Shown here piece by piece: positions 17,587 to 27,600 of a stretch of 44,933 nucleotides of DNA (position 1 is the stretch's first letter; every line of letters starts with the position of its first letter). Location: positions 1 to 44,933 of the forward strand of contig JBDRPD010000049.1 of the NCBI GenBank assembly GCA_043827405.1, written 5' to 3'. Below the pieces are notes generated by a model that made no database searches, was not told the origin of the DNA, and saw only the letters and a program-made list of their open reading frames with translations. The DNA comes from Elusimicrobiota bacterium. GTDB lineage: Bacteria; Elusimicrobiota; Elusimicrobia; UBA1565. The translations under genes and the position numbers were made by a program.

Positions 17587-17625
17587 GTGCCGGCCGCCCG
17601 ACGTAAATAAGTAAAATAGGATGTT

Positions 17626-18693
17626 ATGATACGGGTGGTAGCGGCGATGAGCGGCGGGGTCGATTCTTCGGTCGCGGCGGCGTTGACGGTCGCGGCGGGC
17701 TATGAGACGATCGGGGTGACGCTCAAGCTCCTTCCCCGCGGCGCGGGCGGCTTCGGCTGCTGCGGAGCGCCCGACGATGCGGCCGACGCGCGGCGTGTCT
17801 GCGAGCGTATCGGCATCCCGCACTACGTGCTTAATTTCGACCAGCTGTTCGAAAAAGCGGTGATCGATCCATTCGTGAGCTCCTATCTGAGCCGGCGTAC
17901 GCCGAACCCCTGCGTGGAGTGCAACCGCAGCGTCAAGTTCGGGGCGCTGCTGCGTCTCGCCGAAGCTTGGGGCGCCGCTTATGTGGCGACCGGCCACTAC
18001 GCCCGTATCGAGCGCAAAGAGGGCGCCGCGCCGCGGCTGCTGCGGGCCGTCGACCAGGGCAAAGATCAAACCTATTTTCTCCATTGCCTGACGCGGCGCG
18101 AACTGGAGCGCGTTCTGTTTCCGCTCGGCGATCTCCGCAAGGCCGAGGTGCGCGAGCGCGCCCGGGCTCTTGGGCTGCCGACGGCGGATAAGAAGGAAAG
18201 CCAGGAGATCTGTTTTGTGCCCAACCGCGACTACCGCGCTTTTTTGCGCGCGCGAGGAGGGCAAAGCGCGGCCTTCGAGCCGGGGCCGATACGCGACGCC
18301 GCCGGGAAGGTGCGCGGCCGGCATAAGGGCCTCGCTCACTATACCATCGGACAGCGTCGGGGTATCGGGGTCGCCGCGCCGGAGCCCCTGTATGTGACGC
18401 GCCTGGACGCGGACTCAAATACCCTGACCGTCGGCACCGACCGCGAGGCCCGGAGCCGGGAGTTCCGCGTCGAGCACGTATCGTGGACGCGGGGCACGCC
18501 GCCGGCGGAAAGCGCGGTCGGCGTACGCATTCGTCACCGGGCCGGGATCGTTGCGGCGCAGTGGGAGCCGGACGGCGGCGGGCTGGCGGTACGGCTTAGT
18601 GCGCCGCAGCGCGGAGTTACGCCGGGACAGATGGCCGTTTTTTACGACGGGGAGGAGGTCCTCGGCGGGGGGACTATCGGGGGGGTGCTATGA
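17626..18693 (+). CDS. mnmA: tRNA U34 2-thiouridylase
   Basis: AMSGGVDSS PP-loop, TPNPCVECN, ATGHYA, KDQTYFL, ESQEICF, TPGQ. Confidence 0.96.
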   Translation: MIRVVAAMSGGVDSSVAAALTVAAGYETIGVTLKLLPRGAGGFGCCGAPDDAADARRVCERIGIPHYVLNFDQLFEKAVIDPFVSSYLSRRTPNPCVECNRSVKFGALLRLAEAWGAAYVATGHYARIERKEGAAPRLLRAVDQGKDQTYFLHCLTRRELERVLFPLGDLRKAEVRERARALGLPTADKKESQEICFVPNRDYRAFLRARGGQSAAFEPGPIRDAAGKVRGRHKGLAHYTIGQRRGIGVAAPEPLYVTRLDADSNTLTVGTDREARSREFRVEHVSWTRGTPPAESAVGVRIRHRAGIVAAQWEPDGGGLAVRLSAPQRGVTPGQMAVFYDGEEVLGGGTIGGVL

Positions 18694-19163
18694 AGATGCT
18701 GCGATTGATATTATGCGCGATACTGCCGGCTGCCGCGGGGTGCGCGTCGATCACCGGCGGCGATACGGTCTCTAAGGAAACTTCGGCGGAGTTCGCCCGC
18801 GCCGAACAGCTCGCCGCTGAAAGCCTGACGCTGTCGCGCCTGCGTGCGCTCGAGCGGAGCCTGAGCGACTTCGAGCGGGCCGAAGGGAAGGTGCCGAGCA
18901 ATCTCGACGCGCTGATTCCGAAATATCTCGCCGAGATCCCGGAGGCGGTGCTGGCTGTTCGCGATCATAAGGATTCCAATAGCGTGCGCAATTATCCCTC
19001 CGGCGTGATCTCCAACGGGATGATCAACGGCGCCAAGCTGCGCGACCGCGGGGGCTGGGGCTATGCCTTCAACAGCGGGCGCGCCATTATATTTGTGAAC
19101 TGCACCCATGCGACGAGGGGCGGGCAGCCGTGGTATCGCATGGGCACGGGGATCGGACGCTGA
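18690..19163 (+). CDS. Small lipoprotein, pilin/GspG-like globular domain possible
   Basis: AAAG-C lipobox; LERSLSDFERAEGKVPSNLDALIPKYLAEIP resembles the GspG-type helix/loop; ATGA overlap with mnmA. Confidence 0.6.
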   Translation: MKMLRLILCAILPAAAGCASITGGDTVSKETSAEFARAEQLAAESLTLSRLRALERSLSDFERAEGKVPSNLDALIPKYLAEIPEAVLAVRDHKDSNSVRNYPSGVISNGMINGAKLRDRGGWGYAFNSGRAIIFVNCTHATRGGQPWYRMGTGIGR

Positions 19164-19170
19164 GGCCGAT

Positions 19171-20250
19171 ATGAAGAAGAAGACCGGAGCGCGAATAAAT
19201 GTTCTGGTGCTGTGCGGCGGACGGTCGGCTGAGCGCGATGTTTCCTGCGTGTCGGCGGCGGCGATCCTGCGCAATATGAGCTCCGCCTGCCGTCCGCTTC
19301 TGGTGTATTTGGACGGCGCCGGGCTCTGGCATCTGCAGAAGTCTGCCGACGAGTTCGCGCGGCACCCTGAGCCGTTTCGCAAGCGGTTCGACCGCAACCC
19401 CGTCCATCTTGAGCCGGGCGCGAAGTCTATGCTGGTCGTCGGCCGCCGCCGGCTGCGGGTCGATGTCGTATTCCCCGTCCTGCACGGTCCCTACGGCGAG
19501 GACGGCACGATCCAGGGGCTCCTGGATTTCTACGGCCTGCCCTATGTCGGAGCGGGCGTGCTGGGTTCGGCCGCGGGCATGGATAAGGAGTTTACCAAGC
19601 GTCTCGCGCGGGAGGCCGGTGTGCCGGTCCTGCCCTATGTCGTGGTATGTGATCCCCGGCGGCTGGGCGCGGCCCGGCGCTTGAAATTTCCCGTATTCGT
19701 CAAGCCGCTGCGGCTGGGCTCCTCGGTCGGCGTTTACCGCGTGCGCCGGCCGTCCGCGCTGGCGGGCGCTGTGCGCAAGGCGCTGCGCTACGATGTCGCC
19801 GTGCTCGTAGAGCCGGGGGTCGACGCCCGTGAGATCGAATGCGCGGTTCTCGGCGAGCGCGGCAGCGTCCAGGCGTCCGTCCCGGGGGAAATCCGTCCCA
19901 ATGCCGAGTTCTACTCTTATGAGGCGAAGTATCTTGACCCCAACGGCGCCGAGCTGCTGATCCCGGCGCGCCTTACGGCGCGCCAGAGCGAGCGCGTACG
20001 AGCGCTGGCGGTGCGCGCGTTTGAGGCGCTGGGCGGCGGCGGGCTCGCCCGGGTGGATTTCCTGCTGGACCGGCGCACCGGGCGCTTGTGGTTTAATGAG
20101 GCCAATACCATGCCGGGCTTCACCGCCATCAGCATGTATCCCAAGCTGTGGGAAGCGTCGGGCCTCAGCTTCACCCGGCTGATCGACCGCCTAATCGGCT
20201 TGGCGCTGGTCCGGCACCGCCGGCGTTCCCGCCTGCGCCTGGTGCGATGA
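19171..20250 (+). CDS. ddl: D-alanine--D-alanine ligase
   Basis: GGRSAERDVS, FPVLHGPYGEDG, MDK, GSSVG, FYSYEAKY, NEANTMPGFT; start moved to the ATG at 19171. Confidence 0.95.
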   Translation: MKKKTGARINVLVLCGGRSAERDVSCVSAAAILRNMSSACRPLLVYLDGAGLWHLQKSADEFARHPEPFRKRFDRNPVHLEPGAKSMLVVGRRRLRVDVVFPVLHGPYGEDGTIQGLLDFYGLPYVGAGVLGSAAGMDKEFTKRLAREAGVPVLPYVVVCDPRRLGAARRLKFPVFVKPLRLGSSVGVYRVRRPSALAGAVRKALRYDVAVLVEPGVDAREIECAVLGERGSVQASVPGEIRPNAEFYSYEAKYLDPNGAELLIPARLTARQSERVRALAVRAFEALGGGGLARVDFLLDRRTGRLWFNEANTMPGFTAISMYPKLWEASGLSFTRLIDRLIGLALVRHRRRSRLRLVR

Positions 20251-22541
20251 CGCGGCCGCGCTTCTATTCGGCCGCGCTGCTGCTGGCGGCGCTTATCGTC
20301 GGGAGCGGCTGGGGGCTGCGGAAATTCCTCGCGACCCTTCCCTCCTACAGCCGCCTTGAGGCCTACACGCCGTCCTTGACGACGCGCGTCTATGATACGC
20401 ACGGGGAGGAGATCGCCGCGCTCTCGATCGAGCGCCGGGCGCTGCTGACGCTGGCCGAGATCCCCGTCGATCTGCAGAACGCGGTGATGGCCACCGAGGA
20501 CTCGCAGTTCTTTAAGCACTGGGGGGTCTCGCCGCGCGGCATATTACGCGCCGCTATTCGCAACTTTCGGGCCGGGCGCTTCGTGCAGGGCGGATCGACT
20601 TTGACCCAGCAGCTGGCCAAGCTGATCTTCCTGACGCCGGAGCGCAAGCTCATCCGCAAGGTCAAGGAAGCCGTGCTCGCCGTCCAGATGGAGCGCAACT
20701 TCAGCAAGGACGAGATACTGCAGCTCTATCTCAACCAGATATACTTCGGTCATGGCGCCTACGGGGTGCAGTCGGCCGCGCATATCTATTTCGGCAAGGA
20801 CATCAAGGAGCTCACGCTGCCGGAGTGCGCGCTGCTGGCGGGCATGATCCGCTACCCCGGGGGATATTCCCCCTTCAAGTATCCCAAGCGGGCCGCCACG
20901 CGCCGCAAGTTCGTCCTGCACCGCATGCTCGAAGAAGGTTTTATTACCAAGGCCGAGCTGGACCCGGCGCTCGAGGTCCCCATTCCGGTAGCCCGGCCGG
21001 AGATGGCGGGGATCAAAACACCGTATTTCGTCGAGTATATCCGGCGCTTCCTCGAGCCGAAATACGGCTACGACAAGTTCTGGCGCGGCGGCCTGCGCAT
21101 CAATACGACGCTGGATATGCGGCTGCAGGCCATCGCCGAGAAGACCATCGAAGAGGAGCTCGGCAAGTTCGACGAGGACGCCCGCAAGAACTGGGAGGCG
21201 CAGCTGGCGGAGGATGTCGAGGCCGGCATCGAGCCGCCGTCCGTCTCCACTTCGCCGCCTTCCAAGGTACAGGCGGTGTTTCTGCTGCTGGACGTCAAGA
21301 CCGGAGCGGTTCGGGTCATGGTGGGCGGTCGGGGCGACCAGTTTAACCGCAGCGTGCAGGCGCAGCGGCAGCCGGGCTCGACCTTCAAGCCCTTCGTGTT
21401 CGCCACCGCGCTCAACGGGACCATGACGGGGATGACGCTGGTCGAGGACGGTCCGCTCGCCTATTACTACGACGGCCGGGATTGGCGGCTGCTGGAAGGC
21501 GCGACGGACCAGTTCGCGATCACGCTGGCGACCGCGCCGTTCGCCGGCTCCGAAGACTTTAAGGTCTGGGTGCCGAACAACTACGACAACAAGTTCCTGG
21601 GCGTCATCACTTTGCGCAAGGCCTTGGCGGTGTCCCGCAATATGACGTCGGTCCGTCTTATTGAGCATATCGGGCCGCCGCGCGTTGTGGAGCTGGCGCA
21701 TAGGGCCGGCATCCGCTCCTACCTGTCGCCCGTGCTGTCGCTGGGCCTGGGCTCCTCGGTGGTAAGCCCGCTGGAGCTCGCCAACGCCTTTCAGACTTTC
21801 GCCAACGGCGGCATCCAGGTCAGTCCTTATTCGGTGACGCGCGTGCAGGACATTCGGGGCCGCATTTTGCAGCATCATGTGCCGCGGGAGAAGGAGGCGA
21901 TGACGCCGCAGACCGCCTATCTGATCACGCATCTGCTTAAAGCGGTGATCACGGGCGGCACCGGCCGCCACGCCCGCGTGCTCAAGCGCCCCCTGGCGGG
22001 CAAGACGGGGACAACCAACGACAGCAAGGATCTGTGGTTCGTCGGCTATACGCCGGACTTGATCGCGGTGTCCTGGATGGGCTACGACGATTCCACGCCG
22101 CTGGGCAAGAAGATTTCGAGCAGCGCCACCATCGTTCCGTGGTGGACCAAGATAATGAAGCAGGTCCTGGAAGACTACCCGTCCCGCGATTTCCCGGTTC
22201 CGGACGGCATCGTCTTCCATAAGGTGGATACGCAGACGGGGTATCTCGCGCTGCCCACCTGTCCCCGGCAGGCGCTCCAGGCTTTTCGTGAAGGGACTGA
22301 ACCTGCCGAATACTGTCCTCATGATCACGCCCAGCCCATCGTGCTCAAAGCCTCGTTTGACGTGCGCGGCGACATGCAGGAGGCGTTCGCGGAAGACGAG
22401 TCCGAGTTTATCGCCGAGCCCGTCGGAGACGAGGATGACGACGGAACGGCGCAGCAGCAGAAGCGGCAGCTTTACGAGGAAGGCCTGCCGCAGCTGCCCA
22501 GCGACGAAGAGCTCGAGACCCTGTCGGACATGGACTTCTAG
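20247..22541 (+). CDS. mrcA: Class A penicillin-binding protein (PBP1A family)
   Basis: N-terminal TM; transglycosylase EDSQFFKHWG, QGGSTLTQQLAK; transpeptidase STFK, SRN, KTG; acidic tail; ATGA overlap with ddl. Confidence 0.92.
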   Translation: MTRPRFYSAALLLAALIVGSGWGLRKFLATLPSYSRLEAYTPSLTTRVYDTHGEEIAALSIERRALLTLAEIPVDLQNAVMATEDSQFFKHWGVSPRGILRAAIRNFRAGRFVQGGSTLTQQLAKLIFLTPERKLIRKVKEAVLAVQMERNFSKDEILQLYLNQIYFGHGAYGVQSAAHIYFGKDIKELTLPECALLAGMIRYPGGYSPFKYPKRAATRRKFVLHRMLEEGFITKAELDPALEVPIPVARPEMAGIKTPYFVEYIRRFLEPKYGYDKFWRGGLRINTTLDMRLQAIAEKTIEEELGKFDEDARKNWEAQLAEDVEAGIEPPSVSTSPPSKVQAVFLLLDVKTGAVRVMVGGRGDQFNRSVQAQRQPGSTFKPFVFATALNGTMTGMTLVEDGPLAYYYDGRDWRLLEGATDQFAITLATAPFAGSEDFKVWVPNNYDNKFLGVITLRKALAVSRNMTSVRLIEHIGPPRVVELAHRAGIRSYLSPVLSLGLGSSVVSPLELANAFQTFANGGIQVSPYSVTRVQDIRGRILQHHVPREKEAMTPQTAYLITHLLKAVITGGTGRHARVLKRPLAGKTGTTNDSKDLWFVGYTPDLIAVSWMGYDDSTPLGKKISSSATIVPWWTKIMKQVLEDYPSRDFPVPDGIVFHKVDTQTGYLALPTCPRQALQAFREGTEPAEYCPHDHAQPIVLKASFDVRGDMQEAFAEDESEFIAEPVGDEDDDGTAQQQKRQLYEEGLPQLPSDEELETLSDMDF

Positions 22542-22593
22542 CCCATAAGTTAAAAACCGGTACCTTAACAAAACCGGTACCTTAACTTTTGGG
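22542..22593. repeat. 17-bp tandem direct repeat nested in a 12-bp inverted repeat between convergent genes
   Basis: AAAACCGGTACCTTAAC x2 (22553-22569, 22570-22586); flanks CCCATAAGTTAA / TTAACTTTTGGG (11/12 complementary). Confidence 0.8.
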
Positions 22594-23655
22594 TTAGACG
22601 TAGACGCGCGGCAGGCGGGCGCTGGCGGAGGTGCGCCGAATCGGCAGTTCGACGACATCGCCCACGCGGGCCTTCGGTACGGCACTGACGTCGACTAGGA
22701 CGTGCGCGATGCCGCAGCGGCCCACGAAGTGCACGCGCCGGCCGCGGAGCATGCCCCAATAGCGGAAGCCTTTGCCGAAGCCGATGAAGCGCTCGGCGGG
22801 CTCCATGGTCAGGCCGTCCGAATAGCCGACGGGGAGCGCGGCGACCCGCATGCGTCGGGGGGCGAGGTACTCGCTGGCATAGCCGATCGACCGGCCTTTG
22901 CCGACGTCTTTGATCGAGATGATGCGGGCGAGGAGGCGCCAGGGATTGCGCAGGGGCAGCTCCCTCGAGGTCGGATTGATCCCGTAGATCAGGTTGCCAA
23001 TGCGCACCATATCCATCTGCCAGTGAGGGAAATCCAGCAGGATGGAGCTGTTGGCGCAGTGGCGTACAACGCTCGGGAGCGCGGATTTTACGCGGTACGC
23101 CAGGCGATGGAAGGCGCGCAGCTTGTCTTCGACTTCGACGGTGTTTTGTCCCGGGACATAGTCCAGGTGTGCTGACAGCCCGGTCCACTTCAGGCGGGGC
23201 AGGCGCGGCAGACGGCGGCTCCATTCGGGGATGTCTCGCGGCGGGAGACCCCAGCGGCCCAGCCCGTAGTCTACGTCCACGTGCACCGGAACGGCGCGTT
23301 TGGCCGCGCGCGACAGCGCGCGCGCGAGGGTAAATGAATCGATGGTGACCTCAAGTTCGGCCGCGATTACGGCCGGCGCTTCCGCCGGGAGCGGGGGAGC
23401 CAGCAGGATAATACGGCCGCGGATGCCGGCCCGGCGCAGGTCCAGGGCTTCCTGTAGAGTCAGTACGCCCAGGCCGTCGGCGCCTCCGATTTGCGCCAGA
23501 CGCGCGATTTTCTCCGCGCCGTGTCCGTAGGCGTCGGCTTTAACGACGGCCATCATGCGTACGCCGGGCTGCAGACTCCGGCGCACCGTCCGGATATTGG
23601 CGGCGACGGCTTTACGGTCTATCTCCACCCATTTTAACGCTACAGATTTCGCCAT
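22594..23655 (-). CDS. alr: Alanine racemase
   Basis: AVVKADAYGHG (PLP Lys), HCANS, MVRIG, SIGY (catalytic Tyr), PVGYSDG, LPRVYV. Confidence 0.92.
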   Translation of the reverse strand: MAKSVALKWVEIDRKAVAANIRTVRRSLQPGVRMMAVVKADAYGHGAEKIARLAQIGGADGLGVLTLQEALDLRRAGIRGRIILLAPPLPAEAPAVIAAELEVTIDSFTLARALSRAAKRAVPVHVDVDYGLGRWGLPPRDIPEWSRRLPRLPRLKWTGLSAHLDYVPGQNTVEVEDKLRAFHRLAYRVKSALPSVVRHCANSSILLDFPHWQMDMVRIGNLIYGINPTSRELPLRNPWRLLARIISIKDVGKGRSIGYASEYLAPRRMRVAALPVGYSDGLTMEPAERFIGFGKGFRYWGMLRGRRVHFVGRCGIAHVLVDVSAVPKARVGDVVELPIRRTSASARLPRVYV

Positions 23656-23721
23656 GATTAATAAGCATTATTATAAGTTTTTCTCGGGCGCTGTGCATTT
23701 GCTAACATAAGCGCCTTCGTT

Positions 23722-24651
23722 ATGAAGACTCTCCGCTTGGGAACGCGCGGCTCCGCGCTCGCCACAACACAATCGGCATGGGTCGCTGAGCGCCTGCGCG
23801 AATTGCATCCGGGACTCGCGGTCGAGCTGGTCACTATTGTCACCAGCGGCGACAAGTTCAGCGCCGCGATTGATCGCGGCGAAAGTACGCCTCTCCCGGA
23901 AGGGGGAGCGCCTAATGTCAAGGCGATGTTTGTTAAGGAGATCGAGAGCGCGCTGCTTGACGGGTCGATCGATCTCGCCGTTCATTCTTCGAAAGACCTG
24001 CCCGTTGAGCTGCCGGCGGGGCTGATCCTCGGAGCGTTCCCGCAGCGGGAAGAGCCCTGGGATGTCTTTATCGGCCGCGCGGGAGTCCGCTATTTGAAGG
24101 ACCTTCCGCTGGGGAGCGTCGTGGGGACGGCGTCGCTGCGGCGGCAGATCCAGCTGGCACAGTACCGCCCGGATCTGAAATTCGCGCCGATACGCGGCAA
24201 TGTGGATACACGCCTGCGCAAACTGGAGGAAGGCGCCGCCGACGGGATCATCCTGGCGGCCGCCGGGCTCCGGCGCTTGGGGCGCGGCGATCAGCCGCAC
24301 GAAATACTTACCTGCGAGACCTTGGTTCCGGCGCCCGGCCAGGGTGCTCTGGCGCTTGAGGTTTGCGCCGAACGCGCCGAAGTCCGCGACATCATCGCCA
24401 AGATCGATGATGAGGCGACTCGCCTGGAAGTCGAGGTCGAGCGAAAATTCATGCGCGACATGGGCGGCGGCTGCGCCACTCCGCTGGGTGCGTTGGCGCG
24501 GTCCCGGCCCGACGGCGTGGAGTTTACCGTCTTCTGGTCGGAGGAGGACGGGAGCGGCGCGATGCGCCTGTCCGGCCGCTCGGGGAAGCGTCCGGAAGAG
24601 CTGGCATCGCTGGCGGAAGGGCTTCGCATCCGCATCCGTGAAGGCAGCTAA
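23722..24651 (+). CDS. hemC: Hydroxymethylbilane synthase (porphobilinogen deaminase)
   Basis: GTRGSALA, TSGD, FVKEIE, AVHSSKD, GTASLRR, RGNVDTRL, GGC (cofactor Cys). Confidence 0.95.
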   Translation: MKTLRLGTRGSALATTQSAWVAERLRELHPGLAVELVTIVTSGDKFSAAIDRGESTPLPEGGAPNVKAMFVKEIESALLDGSIDLAVHSSKDLPVELPAGLILGAFPQREEPWDVFIGRAGVRYLKDLPLGSVVGTASLRRQIQLAQYRPDLKFAPIRGNVDTRLRKLEEGAADGIILAAAGLRRLGRGDQPHEILTCETLVPAPGQGALALEVCAERAEVRDIIAKIDDEATRLEVEVERKFMRDMGGGCATPLGALARSRPDGVEFTVFWSEEDGSGAMRLSGRSGKRPEELASLAEGLRIRIREGS

Positions 24652-27600
24652 TCCGCGTTATCTCGTTCGCGGCGTGCCGAACTCCGGCGCTTGGGCCTAT
24701 CTGGCGCTTTCACTGCTAAAGACGAAAGGCTTCGCGAGCGAGCCGGCCGAACGGCTGGCGCCGCGACTCCAGCCGCCGCTGATTCTGGTTCGCCGTCATG
24801 AGGAGGACCTCGAGGATCTCGCCGACGCTCTGCGCGCCTGGGGATTGGCGGATGAGCCGGCGTACTTCGGCGCCGACGAGCAGGTGCGTCTTGCCTCTCA
24901 AGAGAAGCTGTATCATGGAGCGCCGGTAGTCCTGACGCTCGAGGAGAGCTTGCGCGGTCCGGGGCGGTCGGCGCAGGAGTACGGGAAAACACGTCTGGCG
25001 CTGCGCCCGGGCCTCAACCTCAAGCGCCAGGACCTGATCAGCCGGCTGACGGCGCTGGGCTACCGGCGGGCCGACTTCGCCGAGAGCCCCGGCGAGTACG
25101 CCGTGCGCGGCGCCATCGTCGATTTTTTCCCTCTCGAGCCGATGCGGGCGGTGCGCGTGCTGTACGTCGACGACCGCATCGATTCCCTGCGCGTTTACGA
25201 TGCGCAGACGCAGGCGACCGAACCGGAGATGCTGGCCGCGGCCGCGGCGGCGCCGATCGTCGAGAAATCCGCCGCCAGAACGCTGGGTGAGGCTTTGGCG
25301 GGCGGCGGGCTGTGGCTGGCGGAAGAGGGCGTCGAGCTGCCCGCCGGCGCCGGCCAGGTCGTCCGCGTCGGCATCGCCGCGGGAGCGAAAGACGAGGAGC
25401 TGGATTTCGGCGCCCGGCCGGTCTTTCCTCCGGGGACCGAGGGCCTCCGTATTGACGCCGCGGCGAAGCTCTGCGGCGACCGCATCCGGCGGGGATTCCG
25501 CATCATGCTGTTTTCCATGAACCGCGGAGAAGACGAACGGATTCAGGAGCTGCTCGAGGAGCGGCTGCCGGCGGGAGCGGTTCAGTTCCGGATCGGTCCC
25601 CTGCGTCAGGGTTTCGAGATTCCCGGGCGCCGGCTGACCGCGCTGTCGGCCGCTGAGATTTTCGGCCGCTCCTACCGTACGCGGCGCGTTCTCAAGCCGG
25701 CGATCTCGCAGCGTGCGCGTGTGCGCTGGGGAGAGCTCAAGAAGGGAGACTTCGTGGTCCACGAGTTCTTCGGGATCGCGCGCTATCGGGGCCTGGAGGG
25801 GGTGATGGCCCTCGACGATCCGGTGGATGCGCCCGAGAGCTTCCGGCGCGAGGACGGGACGCGCCGTCTGGGGACCCGCGAGCCGGAGCGGCGGCGGCCG
25901 CACAAGGTTATGGACTGCCTGAAGCTTGAGTTCCGCTCCAATGACGCGCTATTCGTGCCGATGACCGAGTTCAAAAGCGTCCAGAAGTATATCGCCGCGG
26001 AAGGCCATCGGCCGCGGCTCTCCTCTCTGGACACGCGGAGCTGGAAGGAGGTTAAAGCGCGCGTGCAGGAGGGGGTGCGCGAGCTCGCCGAGCAGCTGCT
26101 CAAGGTGCAGGCGGCACGCAAAGCCGTTCGCGGCCATGCCTTCGCGGCGGATACGCATATGGAGCAGGAGTTCGCCCGCTCTTTCCCCTTTGAGGAGACG
26201 CCGGATCAGCGCCAGGCCATCGAGGACGTTAAGGCGGATATGACGGCGCCGCATCCTATGGACCGCGTTATCGTCGGCGATGTCGGTTTCGGCAAGACGG
26301 AGGTGGCGATGCGCGCGACGCTTAAGTGCGTCGCGGGCATGCGTCAGACGGCGGTGCTGGTCCCCACGACCATCCTGGCCGACCAGCATGCACGGACCTT
26401 TCGCAAGCGGCTCGCGGAGTACCCCGTGCGCATCGAGATGCTGTCCAGGTTCCAAACCCGCAAGCAGCAGCAGGCCGTCCTGCGGGAGGCGGCCGAGGGC
26501 AAGATCGATATCCTTATCGGCACCCACCGGCTGCTGCAGAAGGACGTGCGCTTCCGGCAGCTCGGCCTGATCATTATCGATGAGGAGCACCGTTTCGGCG
26601 TGCGGGCCAAAGAGCAGATGAAGCAGCTCAGGAAAACGGTCGACTGCCTGATGCTGTCGGCTACGCCGATTCCGCGCACCCTGCACCAGTGCCTGTCGGG
26701 CCTGCGCAAGGTCTCGCTTATCCAGAGCGCGCCAAGCGGACGCCAGCCTATCCAGACCACCGTTGAGCCGTGGTCGGAGCAGCGCGTGGTGGAGAGTGTT
26801 CAGGACGAGCTCGCCCGCGGCGGTCAAGTCTACTACGTGCACAACCGCGTGCGCTCTCTGCCGCAGACCCAGGAGCGGCTGGAACAATTATTGCCGGGAG
26901 TTCGTATCTGTATGGCGCATGGGCAGATGCGGGCCGATGCGCTGGAACGGACGATGTGGGACTTTTTTAACGGCAAGTACGACATGCTCCTGGCCTCTTC
27001 GATTATTGAATCAGGGCTGGATATTCCTTCGGTAAATACGCTGCTTATTGAGAATGCGCAGGATTTTGGGCTCTCCCAGCTCTATCAGCTGCGGGGGCGG
27101 ATCGGCCGTGAGCGCCGGCGTGCTTTCTGTCATCTCTTGTATCCGGCCGACAAGAAGGCCTATCAGTCGTTGAGTGAGGACGCGCGCAAGCGGCTGGAGG
27201 CGATGCGCGACTTCGCGGACCTGGGCTCCGGCTTTATGCTGGCGATGCGCGACCTGGAAATCCGGGGGGCCGGAGACCTTCTGGGAGCGAAGCAGCACGG
27301 GTTTCTAAACGCGGTGGGCGTGGAGTTTTATTCGGAGCTTCTCAACGAGGAAATCCGCAAGCTTCAGGGCGCGCCGCAGGAAGCGGCGGCGCCGCCGCCG
27401 GCCCACCTGGACCTGACGCTTCCGGCGTTTATCCCCGAAGAATATTTGCCGGGTGATCTGGAGCGTATTCAGTTCTACAAGAGGATTCTCGCCGCGCCGC
27501 CGGACGAGGTCGAAAAACTTAAGCGGGAGCTGGTCGATCTTTCCGGCCCCATGCCGGAGCCGGTCGAGAACCTGTTTCATGTTCTGCGCGTTCGAACGGC

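Noticed and set aside
22553..22586. CRISPR array
   Set aside because: Only two abutting 17-bp units, no spacers and no cas genes
22594..22760. alr as a pseudogene because of its divergent, shortened C-terminus (GRCGIAH instead of GRVCMD)
   Set aside because: The frame is intact, both catalytic residues (Lys, Tyr) are present and the terminal LPRVY motif is retained
24200..24637. ORF-track N-terminal extension of mfd (likewise ddl 19108, PBP1A 20148, ATPase 33902, 35919, 9646)
   Set aside because: The extensions overlap upstream genes or promoters and lack homology-like sequence; downstream starts have better RBS or overlap context
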